Source: an uncultured Bacillota bacterium
Lineage (GTDB): Bacteria; Bacillota; Clostridia; Christensenellales; UBA1242
DNA length: 64,000 nucleotides
Direction of reading: 5' to 3'
Assembly: GCA_946499835.1 (NCBI GenBank)
Contig: CAMMTJ010000003.1
Location: 55,460-119,459, forward strand
Part shown: positions 63,446 through 64,000 of the stretch, piece by piece
Layout: every line of letters starts with the position of its first letter
How positions within the stretch are numbered: the stretch's first letter is position 1
Position numbers and translations under genes: made by a program
The notes under the pieces: model-generated
Database searches by the model: none
The model's input: the letters and a program-made list of their open reading frames with translations, nothing else
What the model was told of the DNA's origin: nothing

Positions 63446-64000
63446 ATGGATAAATTGACAAAACAAGATGCTGAAAAATTTTTGTCTTTTGGAGAAAATA
63501 ATAAGCCTTTTTTACCAACTGACTATATTAGAGAAAAAGTAATGATTGATTATGAGGCAAAAAAGAGGATAAATAAAAACGCATCTATTCTTGAAAGCCT
63601 TATGAATTGGATCTGTCATGAACTGCCTTACAGCGATGAACACGCACTTGCAATGCAGAAATTTTCTCGAACAGCAGAAGAAATTTGGAAAAGCGGGAAA
63701 GGGAACGGATGCACCGAATATGCACTGATTTTTCTAACTTTTGCAAGACAACTTGGCTTTCCAACCACCCTTTTGCAAACAGTAGAAGAAAATTGTCTAA
63801 AACAAATCAAACTCGGCAAGGTAAAAAAGTATGTTGGACATTCTTTCTGTGAATGTTTCATTGACAACAAATGGGTTCTTTGCGATCCAACAAACAGAAT
63901 AGTTATGGAAAATTATAACTTAGATAAGATTGAAACAAATTATCTAATTCACAACAAATCGACCTATATCCCCTATCTTCGCACAACCGAATTGCCAAAG
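63446..64000 (+). CDS. transglutaminase-like cysteine peptidase superfamily protein (3' end is off the window)
   Basis: Not in the ORF track because no stop is reached. My translation stays open for 185 codons. A Cys-His-Asp layout is present: GNGCTEYALIFLTFARQLGFP ... GHSFCECF ... WVLCDPT. Confidence 0.7.
   Translation, partial: MDKLTKQDAEKFLSFGENNKPFLPTDYIREKVMIDYEAKKRINKNASILESLMNWICHELPYSDEHALAMQKFSRTAEEIWKSGKGNGCTEYALIFLTFARQLGFPTTLLQTVEENCLKQIKLGKVKKYVGHSFCECFIDNKWVLCDPTNRIVMENYNLDKIETNYLIHNKSTYIPYLRTTELPK

Overview
AT-rich chromosomal segment from an endospore-forming Bacillota (Clostridia-like) genome, almost all core housekeeping. Positions 2-43712 carry 51 consecutive plus-strand genes: thrS (partial), yajC-secDF, rpsB-tsf-frr-uppS-cdsA-rseP, rimP-nusA-ylxR-ylxQ-infB-rbfA-nrnA-truB, efp, spoIIIAA-AH, asp23-nusB-xseA-proS-xseB, infC-rpmI-rplT behind an L20 leader, yebC, ruvCAB-queA-tgt and rny. 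After about 46.9 kb most genes are on the minus strand: serS, spoIVB, recN, argR, thiI, a cysteine desulfurase and T-box-controlled pheST. One tRNA-Leu lies near the right end. I saw no rRNA, CRISPR array, transposase or prophage, and I cannot claim a complete novel multi-gene system. The items most worth follow-up are: (1) a self-contained 946-aa orphan in the slot where pyrH normally sits between tsf and frr; (2) a PolC-like N-terminal/OB/exonuclease protein with no polymerase core in the polC slot; (3) a membrane-anchored PadR fusion divergent from a DUF45 metallopeptidase, with a perfect palindrome between them; (4) a 730-bp ORF-free spacer at the point where gene-strand bias inverts, which may mark the replication terminus; (5) an orphan with nucleotidyltransferase-like signatures that is translationally coupled to serS; (6) a leaderless-mRNA promoter/start architecture seen at five or more genes; (7) a tRNA-Leu that I read as anticodon AAG. 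All functional calls come from reading the translated ORFs and motifs by eye. No database search was run.
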